64,000 nt of DNA from contig OZ024763.1 of the NCBI GenBank assembly GCA_964016885.1, positions 22,816,001 to 22,880,000 of the forward strand, in the 5' to 3' direction. Source of the stretch: Eledone cirrhosa (lineage: Eukaryota). The position numbers were made by a program, and so were the translations under genes. The number at the start of each line of letters is the position of its first letter. The first letter of the stretch is position 1. The notes under the pieces were generated by a model that worked only from the letters and a program-made list of their open reading frames with translations, was not told the DNA's origin and ran no database searches. Of the stretch, positions 1-16,200 are shown one piece after another.

Positions 1-3000
1 GCGATAGGTGCACTCTGAACACACACACACACACAGCGATAGGTGCACTCTGAACACACACACAGCGATAGGTGCACTCTGAACACACATACACAGCGAT
101 AGGTGCACTCTGAACACACACACACACAGCGATAGATGCACTCTGAACACACACACAGCGATAGGTGCACTCTGAACACACACACACACAGCGATAGGTG
201 CACTCTGAACACACACACACACACAGCGATAGGTGCACTCTGAACACACACACAGCGACAGGTGCACTCTGAACACACACACACACAGCGACAGGTGCAC
301 TCTGAACACACACACAGCGACAGGTGCACTCTGAACACACACACAGCGACAGGTGCACTCTGAACACACAGACACACACAGCGATAGGTGCACTCTGAAC
401 ACACACACACACACACAGCGATAGGTGCACTCTGAACACACACACACACAGCGATAGGTGCACTCTGAACACACACACAGCGACAGGTGCACTCTGAACA
501 CACACACAGCGACAGGTGCACTCTGAACACACACACAGCTACAGGTGCACTCTGAACACACACACACACACAGCGAGAGGTGCACTCTGAACACACACAC
601 ACACAGCGATAGGTGCACTCTGAACACACACACACAGCGACAGGTGCACTCTGAACACACACACAAACAGCGACAGGTGCACTCTGAACACACACACAGC
701 GATAGGTGCACTCTGAACACACACACACACAGCGGCAGGTGCACTCTGAACACACACACACAGCGATAGGTGCACTCTGAACACACACACACACACACAC
801 ACAGCGATAGGTGCACTCTGAACACACACACAGCGATAGGTGCACTCTGAACACACACACACACAGCGATAGGTGCACTCTGAACACACACACACAGCCA
901 CAGGTGCACTCTGAACACACACACACACAGCGACAGGTGCACTCTGAACACACACACACAGCGACAGGTGCACTCTGAACACACACACAGCGATAGGTGC
1001 ACTCTGAACACACACACACACACACAGCGATAGGTGCACTCTGAACACACACACACACACACAGCGACAGGTGCACTCTGAACACACACACAGCGACAGG
1101 TGCACTCTGAACACACAGACACACACAGCGATAGGTGCACTCTGAACACACACACAGCGACAGGTGCACTCTGAACACACACACAGCGACAGGTGCACTC
1201 TGAACACACACACAGCGACAGGTGCACTCTGAACACACACACAGCGACAGGTGCACTCTGGACACACACACAGCGACAGGTGCACTCTGAACACACACAC
1301 ACACACAGCGATAGGTGCACTCTGAACACACACACACACACAGCGATAGATGCACTCTGAACACACACACAAACAGCGATAGGTGCACTCTGAACACACA
1401 CACAGCGACAGGTGCACTCTGAACACACACACAAACAGCGACAGGTGCACTCTGAACACACACACAGCGACAGGTGCACTCTGAACACACACACACACAC
1501 ACAGCGACAGGTGCACTCTGAACACACACACAGCGACAGGTGCACTCTGAACACACACAGCGACAGGTGCACTCTGAACACACAGACACACACAGCGATA
1601 GGTGCACTCTGAACACACACACACACAAACACCGACAGGTGCACTCTGAACACACACACAGCGACAGGTGCACTCTGAACACACACACACAGCGATAGGT
1701 GCACTCTGAACACACACACACACACAGCGATAGGTGCACTCTGAACACACACACACACAGCGATAGGTGCACTCTGAACACACACACACACACAGCGATA
1801 GGTGCACTCTGAACACACACACACACACAGCGATAGGTGCACTCTGAACACACACACACCCAGCGATAGGTGCACTCTGAACACATACACACACAGCGAT
1901 AGGTGCACTCTGAACACACACACAGCGACAGGTGCACTCTGAACACACACACACACAGCGATAGGTGCACTCTGAACACACACACACAGCGATAGGTGCA
2001 CTCTGAACACACACACAGACAGCGACAGGTGCACTCTGAACACACACACAGCGACAGGTGCATTCTGAACACACACACACACACAGCGATAGGTGCACTC
2101 TGAACACACACACACAGCGACAGGTGCACTCTGAACACACACAAACACAGCGATAGGTGCACTCTGGACACGGACACACACACACACAGCGACAGGTGCA
2201 CTCTGAACACACACACACACACAGCGATAGGTGCACTCTGAACACACATACACACACACAGCGACAGGTGCACTCTGAACACACACACACACAGCGACAG
2301 GTGCACTCTGAACACACACACACACACAGCGATAGGTGCACTCTGAACACACACACACACACACACAGCGACAGGTGCACTCTGAACACACACACACACA
2401 GCGACAGGTGCACTCTGAACAAACACACAGCGACAGGTGCACTCTGAACACACACACACACAGCGACAGGTGCACTCTGAACAAACACACAGCGACAGGT
2501 GCACTCTGAACACACACACACACAGCGACAGGTGCACTCTGAACACACACACACACACACAGCGACAGGTGCACTCTGAACACACACACACACAGCGATA
2601 GGTGCACTCTTGACACACACACACACACAGCGACAGGTGCACTCTGAACAGACACACAGCGACAGGTGCACTCTGAACACACAGACACACACAGGGATAG
2701 GTGCACTCTGAACACACACACACAGCGCCAGGTGCACTCTGAACACACACACACAGCGACAGGTGCACTCTGAACACACACAGCGATAGGTGCACTCTGA
2801 ACACACACACACATACAGCGACAGGTGCACTCTGAACACACACACACACAGCGACATGTGCACTCTGAACACACACACACACAGCGACAGGTGCACTCTG
2901 AACACACACACACACAGCGACAGGTGCACTCTGAACACACACACAGCGACAGGTGCACTCTGAACACACACACACACACACCGATAGGTGCACTCTGAAC

Positions 3001-6000
3001 ACACACACACACAGCGACAGGTGCACTCTGAACACACACACACACACAGCGATAGGTGCACTCTGGACACACACACACACACACAGCGACAGGTGCACTC
3101 TGAACACACACACACACAGCGACAGGTGCACTCTGAACACACACACACACACAGCGATAGGTGCACTCTGAACACACACACACACAGCGACAGGTGCACT
3201 CTGAACACACACACACACACAGCGATAGGTGCACTCTGAACACACAGACACCGATAGGTGCACTCTGAACACACACACACACAGAAAGCGATAGGTGCAC
3301 TCTGAACACACACACACACACACACACACAGCGATAGGTGCACTCTGAACACACACACAGCGACAGGTGCACTCTGAACACACACACAGCGATAGGTGCA
3401 CTCTGAACACACACACACACACTGCGACAGGTGCACTCTGAACACACACACACACAGCGACAGGTGCACTCTGAACACACACACACAGCGATAGGTGCAC
3501 TCTGAACACACACACAGCGATAGGTGCACTCTGAACACACACACACAGCGATAGGTGCACTCTGAACACACATACATAGCGATAGGTGCACTCGGAACAC
3601 ACACACACACAGCGACAGGTGCACTCTGAACACACACACACACAGCGATAGGTGCACTCTGAACACACACACACACAGCGACAGGTGCACTCTGAACACA
3701 CACACACACACAGCAATAGGTGCACTCTGAACACACACACACAGCGATAGGTGCACTCTGAACACACATACACAGCGATAGGTGCACTCTGAACACACAC
3801 ACACACAGCGATAGATGCACTCTGAACACACACACAGCGATAGGTGCACTCTGAACACACACACACACAGCGATAGGTGCACTCTGAACACACACACACA
3901 GCGACAGGTGCACTCTGAACACACACACACACAGCGACAGGTGCACTCTGAACACACACACAGCGATAGGTGCACTCTGAACACACACACACACAGCGAC
4001 AGGTGCACTCTGAACACACACACACACACAGCGATAGGTGCACTCTGAACACACACACACACACACACAGCGATAGGTGCACTCTGAACACACACACACA
4101 CAGCATTAGGTGCACTCTGAACACACACACACACAGCGATAGGTGCACTCTGAACACACACACACAGCCACAGGTGCACTCTGAACACACACACACACAG
4201 CGACAGGTGCACTCTGAACACACACACACAGCGACAGGTGCACTCTGAACACACACACAGCGATAGGTGCACTCTGAACACACACACACACACACAGCGA
4301 TAGGTGCACTCTGAACACACACACACACACACAGCGATAGGTGCACTCTGAACACACACACACACACAGCGACAGGTGCACTCTGAACACACACACAGCG
4401 ACAGGTGCACTCTGAACACACAGACACACACAGCGATAGGTGCACTCTGAACACACACACAGCGACAGGTGCACTCTGAACACACACAGCGACAGGTGCA
4501 CTCTGAACACACACACAGCGACAGGTGCACTCTGAACACACACACAGCGACAGGTGCACTCTGAACACACACACAGCGACAGGTGCACTCTGAACACACA
4601 CACACACACAGCGATAGGTGCACTCTGAACACACACACACACACAGCGATAGATGCACTCTGAACACACACACAAACAGCGATAGGTGCACTCTGAACAC
4701 ACACACAGCGACAGGTGCACTCTGAACACACACACAAACAGCGACAGGTGCACTCTGAACACACACACAGCGACAGGTGCACTCTGAACACACACAGCGA
4801 CAGGTGCACTCTGAACACACACACAGCGACAGGTGCACTCTGAACACACACACACAGCGATAGGTGCACTCTGAACACACACACACACACAGCGATAGGT
4901 GCACTCTGAACACACACACACACAGCGATAGGTGCACTCTGAACACACACACACACACAGCGATAGGTGCACTCTGAACACACACACACAGCGATAGGTG
5001 CACTCTGAACACACACACACACAAACACCGACAGGTGCACTCTGAACACACACACAGCTACAGGTGCACTCTGAACACACACACACAGCGACAGGTGCAC
5101 TCTGAACACACACACACACACAGCGTAAGGTGCACTCTGAACACACACACACACAGCGATAGGTGCACTCTGAACACAGACACACACACAGCGATAGGTG
5201 CACTCTGAACACACACACACACACAGCGATAGGTGCACTCTGAACACACACACACCCAGCGATAGGTGCACTCTGAACACACACACACACACAGCGATAG
5301 GTGCACTCTGAACACACACACAGCGATAGGTGCACTCTGAACACACACACACACAGCGATAGGTGCACTCTGAACACACACACAGACAGCGACAGGTGCA
5401 CTCTGAACACACACACAGCGACAGGTGCATTCTGAACACACACACACACACAGCGATAGGTGCACTCTGAACACACACACACACAGCGACAGGTGCACTC
5501 TGAACACACACAAACACAGCGATAGGTGCACTCTGGACACGGACACACACACACACAGCGACAGGTGCACTCTGAACACACACACACACACAGCGATAGG
5601 TGCACTCTGAACACACATACACACACACAGCGACAGGTGCACTCTGAACACACACACACAGCGATAGGTGCACTCTGGACACACACACACACACACACAG
5701 CGACAGGTGCACTCTGAACACACACACAGAGACAGGTGCACTCTGAACACACACACACACAGCGATAGGTGCACTCTGAACACACACACAGCGACAGGTG
5801 CACTCTGAATACACACACACACAGCGACAGGTGCACTCTGAACACACACACACACAGCGACAGGTGCACTCTGAACACACACACACACACAGCGATAGGT
5901 GCACTCTGAACACACACACACAGCGACAGGTGCACTCTGAACACACACACACACACAGCGATAGGTGCAATCTGGACACACACATACAGCGACAGGTGCA

Positions 6001-9000
6001 CTCTGAACACACACACACACAGCGACAGGTGCACTCTGAACACACACACACACACAGCGATAGGTGCACTCTGAACACACACACAGCGACAGGTGCACTC
6101 TGAACACACACACCCACACAGCGATAGGTGCACTCTGAACACACACACACACAGCGATAGGTGCACTCTGAACACACACACACACAGCGATAGGTGCACT
6201 CTGAACACACACACACACACACAGCGATAGGTGCACTCTGAACACACACACACACACACAGCGACGGGTGCACTCTGAACACACACACACACAGCGACAG
6301 GTGCACTCTGAACAAACACACAGCGACAGGTGCACGCTGAACACACACACACACAGCGACAGGTGCACTCTGAACAATCACACAGCGACAGGTGCACTCT
6401 GAACACACACACACACAGCGACAGGTGCACTCTGAACACACACACACAGCGACAGGTGCACTCTGAACACACACACAGCGATAGGTGCACTCTGAACACA
6501 CACACACACACAGCGATAGGTGCACTCTGAACACACACACACACACAGCGACAGGTGCACTCTGAGCACACACACAGCGACAGGTGCACTCTGAACACAC
6601 AGACACACACAGCGATAGGTGCACTCTGAACACACACACAGCGACAGGTGCACTCTGAACACACACACAGCGACAGGTGCACTCTGAACACACACACAGC
6701 GACTGGTGCACTCTGAACACACACACAGCGACAGGTGCACTCTGAACACACACACAGCGACAGGTGCACTCTGAACACACACACAGCGACAGGTGCACTC
6801 TGAACACACACACACACACAGCGATAGGTGCACTCTGAACACACACACACACACAGCGATAGATGCACTCTGAACACACACACAAACAGCGATAGGTGCA
6901 CTCTGAACACACACACAGCGAATTGTGCACTCTGAACACACACACAAACAGCGACAGGTGCACTCTGAACACACACACAGCGACAGGTGCACTCTGAACA
7001 CACACACAGCGACAGGTGCACTCTGAACACACACACACACACAGCGACAGGTGCACTCTGAACACACACACAGCGACAGGTGCACTCTGAACACACACAG
7101 CGACAGGTGCACTCTGAACACACAGACACACACAGCGATAGGTGCACTCTGAACATACACACACACAAACACCGACAGGTGCACTCTGAACACACACACA
7201 GCGACAGGTGCTCTCTGAACACACACACAGCGATAGGTGCACTCTGAACACACACACACACACAGCGATAGGTGCACTCTGAACACACACACACACAGCG
7301 ATAGGTGCACTCTGAACACACACACACACACAGCGATAGGTGCACTCTGAACACACACACACACACAGCGATAGGTGCACTCTGAACACACACACACCCA
7401 GCGATAGGTGCACTCTGAACACACACACACACACAGCGATAGGTGCACTCTGAACACACACACAGCGATAGGTGCACTCTGAACACACACACAGCGATAG
7501 GTGCACTCTGAACACACACACACACAGCGATAGGTGCACTCTGAACACACACACACAGCGATAGGTGCACTCTGAACACACACACAGACAGCGACAGGTG
7601 CACTCTGAACACACACACAGCGACAGGTGCATTCTGAACACACACACACACACACAGCGATAGGTGCACTCTGAACACACACACACACAGCGACAGGTGC
7701 ACTCTGAACACACACACACACACAGCGATAGGTGCACTCTGAACACACATACACACACACAGCGACAGGTGCACTCTGACCACACACACACAGCGGTAGG
7801 TGCACTCTGGACACACACACACACACACACAGCGACAGGTGCACTCTGAACACACACACAGCGACTGGTGCACTCTGAACACACACACACACAGCGATAG
7901 GTGCACTCTGAACACACACACAGCGACAGGTGCACTCTGAATACACACACACACAGCGACAGGTGCACTCTGAACACACACACACACAGCGACAGGTGCA
8001 CTCTGAACACACACACACACACAGCGATAGGTGCACTCTGAACACACACACACAGCGACAGGTGCACTCTGAACACACACACACACACAGCGATAGGTGC
8101 AATCTGGACACACACATACAGCGACAGGTGCACTCTGAACACACACACACACAGCGACAGGTGCACTCTGAACACACACACACACACAGCGATAGGTGCA
8201 CTCTGAACACACACACAGCGACAGGTGCACTCTGAACACACACACCCACACAGCGATAGGTGCACTCTGAACACACACACACACACACAGCGATAGGTGC
8301 ACTCTGAACACACACACACAGCGATAGGTGCACTCTGAACACACACACACAGCGATAGGTGCACTCTGAACACACACGCACACACACACAACGACAGGTG
8401 CACTCTGAACACACACACACACACAGCGATAGGTGCACTCTGAACACACACACACCCAGCGATAGGTGCACTCTGAACACACACACACACAGCGATAGGT
8501 GCACTCTGAACACACACACAGCGATAGGTGCACTCTGAACACACACACACACAGCGATAGGTGCACTCTGAACACACACACACAGCGATAGGTGCATTCT
8601 GAACACACACACACACACAGCGATAGGTGCACTCTGAACACACACACACAGCGACAGGTGCATTCTGAACACACACACACACACAGCGATAGGTGCACTC
8701 TGAACACACACACACACAGCGACAGGTGCACTCTGAACACACACAAACACAGCGATAGGTGCACTCTGGACACGGACACACACACACACAGCGACAGGTG
8801 CACTCTGAACACACACACACACACAGCGATAGGTGCACTCTGAACACACATACACACACACAGCGACAGGTGCACTCTGAACACACACACACAGCGATAG
8901 GTGCACTCTGGACACACACACACACACACACAGCGACAGGTGCACTCTGAACACACACACAGCGACAGGTGCACTCTGAACACACACACACACAGCGATA

Positions 9001-12000
9001 GGTGCACTCTGAACACACACACAGCGACAGGTGCACTCTGAATACACACACACACAGCGACAGGTGCACTCTGAACACACACACACACAGCGACAGGTGC
9101 ACTCTGAACACACACACACACACAGCGATAGGTGCACTCTGAACACACACACACAGCGACAGGTGCACTCTGAACACACACACACACACAGCGATAGGTG
9201 CAATCTGGACACACACATACAGAGACAGGTGCACTCTGAACACACACACACACAGCGACAGGTGCACTCTGAACACACACACACACACAGCGATAGGTGC
9301 ACTCTGAACACACACACAGCGACAGGTGCACTCTGAACACACACACCCACACAGCGATAGGTGCACTCTGAACACACACACACACACACACAGCGATAGG
9401 TGCACTCTGAACACACACACAGCGATAGGTGCACTCTGAACACACACACACACACAGCGATAGGTGCACTCTGAACACACACACACACAGCGACGGGTGC
9501 ACTCTGAACACACACACACACAGCGACAGGTGCACTCTGAACAAACACACAGCGACAGGTGCACGCTGAACACACACACACACAGCGACAGGTGCACTCT
9601 GAACAAACACACAGCGACAGGTGCACTCTGAACACACACACACACAGCGACAGGTGCACTCTGAACACACACACACAGCGACAGGTGCACTCTGAACACA
9701 CACACAGCGATAGGTGCACTCTGAACACACACACACACACACACAGCGATAGGTGCACTCTGAACACACACACACACACAGCGACAGGTGCACTCTGAGC
9801 ACACACACAGCGACAGGTGCACTCTGAACACACAGACACACACAGCGATAGGTGCACTCTGAACACACACACAGCGACAGGTGCACTCTGAACACACACA
9901 CACACACAGCGACAGGTGCACTCTGAACACACACACAGCGACAGGTGCACTCTGAACACACACAGCGACAGGTGCACGCTGAACACACACACAAACAGCG
10001 ATAGGTGCACTCTGAACACACACACAGCGAATTGTGCACTCTGAACACACACACAAACAGCGACAGGTGCACTCTGAACACACACACAGCGACAGGTGCA
10101 CTCTGAACACACACACAGCGACAGGTGCACTCTGAACACACACACACACACACAGCGACAGGTGCACTCTGAACACACACACAGCGACAGGTGCACTCTG
10201 AACACACAGACACACACAGCGATAGGTGCACTCTGAACACACACACACACAAACACCGACAGGTGCACTCTGAACACACACACAGCGACAGGTGCACTCT
10301 GAACACACACACACAGCGATAGGTGCACTCTGAACACACACACACACACACACAGCGATAGGTGCACTCTGAACACACACACACACAGCGATAGGTGCAC
10401 TCTGAACACACACACACACACAGCGATAGGTGCACTCTGAACACACACACACACACAGCGATAGGTGCACTCTGAACACACACACACCCAGCGATAGGTG
10501 CACTCTGAACACACACACACAGCGATAGGTGCACTCTGAACACACACACAGCGATAGGTGCACTCTGAACACACACACACACAGCGATAGGTGCACTCTG
10601 AACACACACACACAGCGATAGGTGCACTCTGAACACACACACAGACAGCGACAGGTGCACTCTGAACACATACACAGCGACAGGTGCATTCTGAACACAC
10701 ACACACACACAGCGATAGGTGCACTCTGAACACACACACACACAGCGACAGGTGCACTCTGAACACACACAAACACAGCGATAGGTGCACTCTGGACACG
10801 GACACACACACACACAGCGACAGGTGCACTCTGAACACACACACAGCGATAGGTGCACTCTGAACACACATACACACACACAGCGACAGGTGCACTCTGA
10901 CCACACACACACAGCGATAGGTGCACTCTGGGGACACACACACACACACACAGCGACAGGTGCACTCTGAACACACACACAGCGACTGGTGCACTCTGAA
11001 CACACACACACACAGCGATAGGTGCACTCTGAACACACACACAGCGACAGGTGCACTCTGAATACACACACACACAGCGACAGGTGCACTCTGAACACAC
11101 ACACACAGCGACAGGTGCACTCTGAACACACACACACACACAGCGATAGGTGCACTCTGAACACACACACACAGCGACAGGTGCACTCTGAACACACACA
11201 CACACACAGCGATAGGTGCAATCTGGACACACACATACAGCGACAGGTGCACTCTGAACACACACACACACAGCGACAGGTGCACTCTGAACACACACAC
11301 ACAGCGATAGGTGCACTCTGAACACACACACAGCGACAGGTGCACTCTGAACACACACACACACACAGCGATAGGTGCACTCTGAACACACACACACACA
11401 CACAGCGATAGGTGCACTCTGAACACACACACACACACACAGCGATAGGTGCACTCTGAACACACACACACACACAGCGATAGGTGCACTCTGAACACAC
11501 ACACACACACACACAGCGACAGGTGCACTCTGAACACACACACACACAGTGACAGGTGCACTCTGAACAAACACACAGCGACAGGTGCACTCTGAACACA
11601 CACACACACAGCGACAGGTGCACTCTGAACAAACACACAGCGACAGGTGTACTCTGAACACACACACACACAGCGACAGGTGCACTCTGAACACACACAC
11701 ACACACACACAGCGACAGGTGCACTCTGAACACACACACACACAGCGATAGGTGCACTCTGGACACACACACACACACAGCGACAGGCGCACTCTGAACA
11801 GACACACAGCGACAGGTGCACTCTGAACACACAGACACACACAGCGATAGGTGCACTCTGAACACACACACACAGCGCCAGGTGCACTCTGAACACACAC
11901 ACACAGCGACAGGTGCACTCTGAACACACACACACACACAGCGACAGGTGCACTCTGAACACACACACACAGCGATAGGTGCACTCTGAACACACACACA

Positions 12001-13169
12001 CACACAGCGACAGGTGCACTCTGAACACACACACACACAGCGACATGTGCACTCTGAACACACACACACACAGCGACAGGTGCACTCTGAACACACACAC
12101 ACACAGCGACAGGTGCACTCTGAACACACACACAGCGACAGGTGCACTCTGAACACACACACACACACACACACCGATAGGTGCACTCTGAACACACACA
12201 CACACACAGTGACAGGTGCACTCTGAACACACACACACACACACAGCGATAGGTGCACTCTGGACACACACACAGACACATCGACAGGTGCACTCTGAAC
12301 ACACACACACACAGCGACAGGTGCACTCTGAACACACACACACACACAGCGATAGGTGCACTCTGAACACACACACACACACAGCGACAGGTGTACTCTG
12401 AACACACACACACACACAGCGATAGGTGCACTCTGAACACACAGACACCGATAGGTGCACTCTGAACACACACAGAAAGCGATAGGTGCACTCTGAACAC
12501 ACACACACACACACACACAGCGATAGGTGCACTCTGAACACACACACAGCGACAGGTGCACTCTGAACACACACACAGCGATAGGTGCACTCTGAACACA
12601 CACACACACACACACTGCGACAGGTGCACTCTGAACACACACACACACAGCGACAGGTGCACTCTGAACACACACACACACACAGCGATAGGTGCACTCT
12701 GAACACACACACACACACACAGCGACAGGTGCACTCTGAACACACACACACACAGCGATAGGTGCACTCTGGACACACACACAGCGACAAGTGCACTCTG
12801 AACACACACACAGCGACAGGTGCACTCTGAACACAGACACACACAGCGATAGGTGCACTCTGAACACACACACACACACAGCGATAGGTGCACTCTGAAC
12901 ACACACACACACAGCGATAGGTGCACTCTTGACACACACACACACACAGCGACATGTGCACTCTGAACACAGACACACACACAGCGACAGGTGCACTCTG
13001 AACACACACACACACACACACACAGCGACAGGTGCACTCTGAACACAGACACACACACTGCGACAGGTGCACTCTGAACACACACACACACAGCGACAGG
13101 TGCACTCTGAACACAGACACACACACAGCGACAGGTGCACTCTGAACACACAGCGACAGGTGCACTCTG

Positions 13170-13202
<33 letters not shown>

Positions 13203-16200
13203 CGACAGGTGCACTCTGAACACACACACACACACACACACAGCGATAGGTGCACTCTGAACACACACACACACAGCGATAGGTGCACTCTGAACACACA
13301 CACACACACACAGCGACAGGTACACTCTGAACACACACACACAGCGACATGTGCACTCTGAACACAGACACACACACAGCGACAGGTGCACTCTGAACAC
13401 ACACACACACACACAGCGACAGGTGCACTCTGAACACAGACACACACACTGCGACAGGTGCACTCTGAACACACACACACACAGCGACAGTTGCACTCTG
13501 AACACAGACACACACACAGCGACAGGTGCACTCTGAACACACAGCGACAGGTGCACTCTGAACACACACACACACACACACACACAGCGACAGGTGCACT
13601 CTGAACACACAGACACCGATAGGTGCACTCTGAACACACACACACACACAGCGATAGGTGCACTCTGAACACACACACACACACACACAGCGATAGGTGC
13701 ACTCTGAACACAAACACACAGCGATAGGTGCACTCTGAACACACACACACACAGCGATAGGTGCACTCTGAACACAGACACACACACTGCGACAGGTGCA
13801 CTCTGAACACACACACACACAGCGACAGGTGCACTCTGAACACAGACACACACACTGCGACAGGTGCACACTGAACACACACACAGCGACAGGTGCACTC
13901 TGAACACACACACACACACAGCGATAGGTGCACTCTGAACACACACACAGCGATAGGTGCACTCTGAACACACACACACACACAGCGACAGGTGCACTCT
14001 GAACACACAGACATCGATAGGTGCACTCTGAACACACACACACACACACAGCGATAGGTGCACTCTGAACACACACACACACACACAGCGATAGGTGCAC
14101 TCTGAACACACACACAGCGACAGGTGCACTCTGAACACACACACACACAGCGATAGGTGCAATCTGATCACACACACACACACAGCGACAGGTGCACTCT
14201 GAACACACACACACACAGCGACAGGTGCACTCTGAACACACACACACACAAGGCGATAGGTGCACTCTGAACACACACACACACACAGCGATAGGTGCAC
14301 TCTGAACACACACACACACACAGCGACAGGTGCACTCTGAACACACACACACACACGGCGATAGGTGCACTCTGAACACACAGACACCGATAGGTGCACT
14401 CTGAACACACACACACAGAAAGCGATAGGTGCACTCTGAACACACACACACACACACAGCGATAGGTGCACTCTGAACACACACACAGCGACAGGTGCAC
14501 TCTGAACACACACAGAGATAGGTGCACTCTGAACACACACACACACACACTGCGACAGGTGCACTCTGAACACACACACACACAGCGACAGGTGCACTCT
14601 GAACACACACACAGCGATAGGTGCACTCTGAACACACACACACACACACAGCGACAGGTGCACTCTGAACACACACACACACAGCGATAGGTGCACTCTG
14701 GACACACACACAGCGACAGGTGCACTCTGAACACACACACAGCGACAGGTGCACTCTGAACACAGACACACACAGCGATAGGTGCACTCTGAACACACAC
14801 ACACACACAGCGATAGGTGCACTCTGAACACACACACACAGCGATAGGTGCACTCTGAACACACACACACACACACAGCGACAGGTACACTCTGAACACA
14901 CACACACAGCGACATGTGCACTCTGAACACAGACACACACACAGCGACAGGTGCACTCTGAACACACACACACACACACAGCGACAGGTGCACTCTGAAC
15001 ACAGACACACACACTGCGACAGGTGCACTCTGAACACACACACACACAGCGACAGGTGCACTCTGAACACAGACACACACACAGCGACAGGTGCACTCTG
15101 AACACACACACACACACACACACAGCGACAGGTGCACTCTGAACACACAGACACCGATAGGTGCACTCTGAACACACACACACACAGCGATAGGTGCACT
15201 CTGAACACACACACACACACACACAGCGACAGGTGCACTCTGAACACACACACAGCGACAGGTGCACTCTGAACACACACACACACAGCGATAGGTGCAC
15301 TCTGAACACACACACAGCGACAGGTGCACTCTGAATACACACACACACAGCGACAGGTGCACTCTGAACACACACACACACACAGCGATAGGTGCACTCT
15401 GAACACACACACACAGCGACAGGTGCACTCTGAACACACACACACACACAGCGATAGGTGCAATCTGGACACACACATACAGCGACAGGTGCACTCTGAA
15501 CACACACACACACAGCGACAGGTGCACTCTGAACACACACACACACACAGCGACAGGTGCACTCAGAACACACACACACACACAGCGACAGGTGCACTCT
15601 GAACACACACACACACAGCGATAGGAGCACTCAGAACACACACACACACAGCGACAGGTGGACTCTGAACACAGACACACAGCGACAGGTGCACTCTGAA
15701 CACACACACACACAGCGATAGGTGCACTCAGAACACACACACACAGCGACAGGTGCACTCTGAACACACACACACAGCGACAGGTGCACTCTCAACACAC
15801 ACACACACAGCGATAGGTGCACTCAGAACACACACACACACACAGCGACAGGTGCACTCTGAACACACACACAGCGACAGGTGCACTCTGAACACACACA
15901 CCCACACAGCGATAGGTGCACTCTGAACACACACACACACACACACAGCGATAGGTGCACTCTGAACACACACACAGCGATAGGTGCACTCTGAACACAC
16001 ACACACACACAGCGATAGGTGCACTCTGAACACACACACACACACACAGCGACGGGTGCACTCTGAACACACACACACACAGCGACAGGTGCACTCTGAA
16101 CAAACACACAGCGACAGGTGCACGCTGAACACACACACACACAGCGACAGGTGCACTCTGAACAAACACACAGCGACGGGTGCACTCTGAACACACACAC

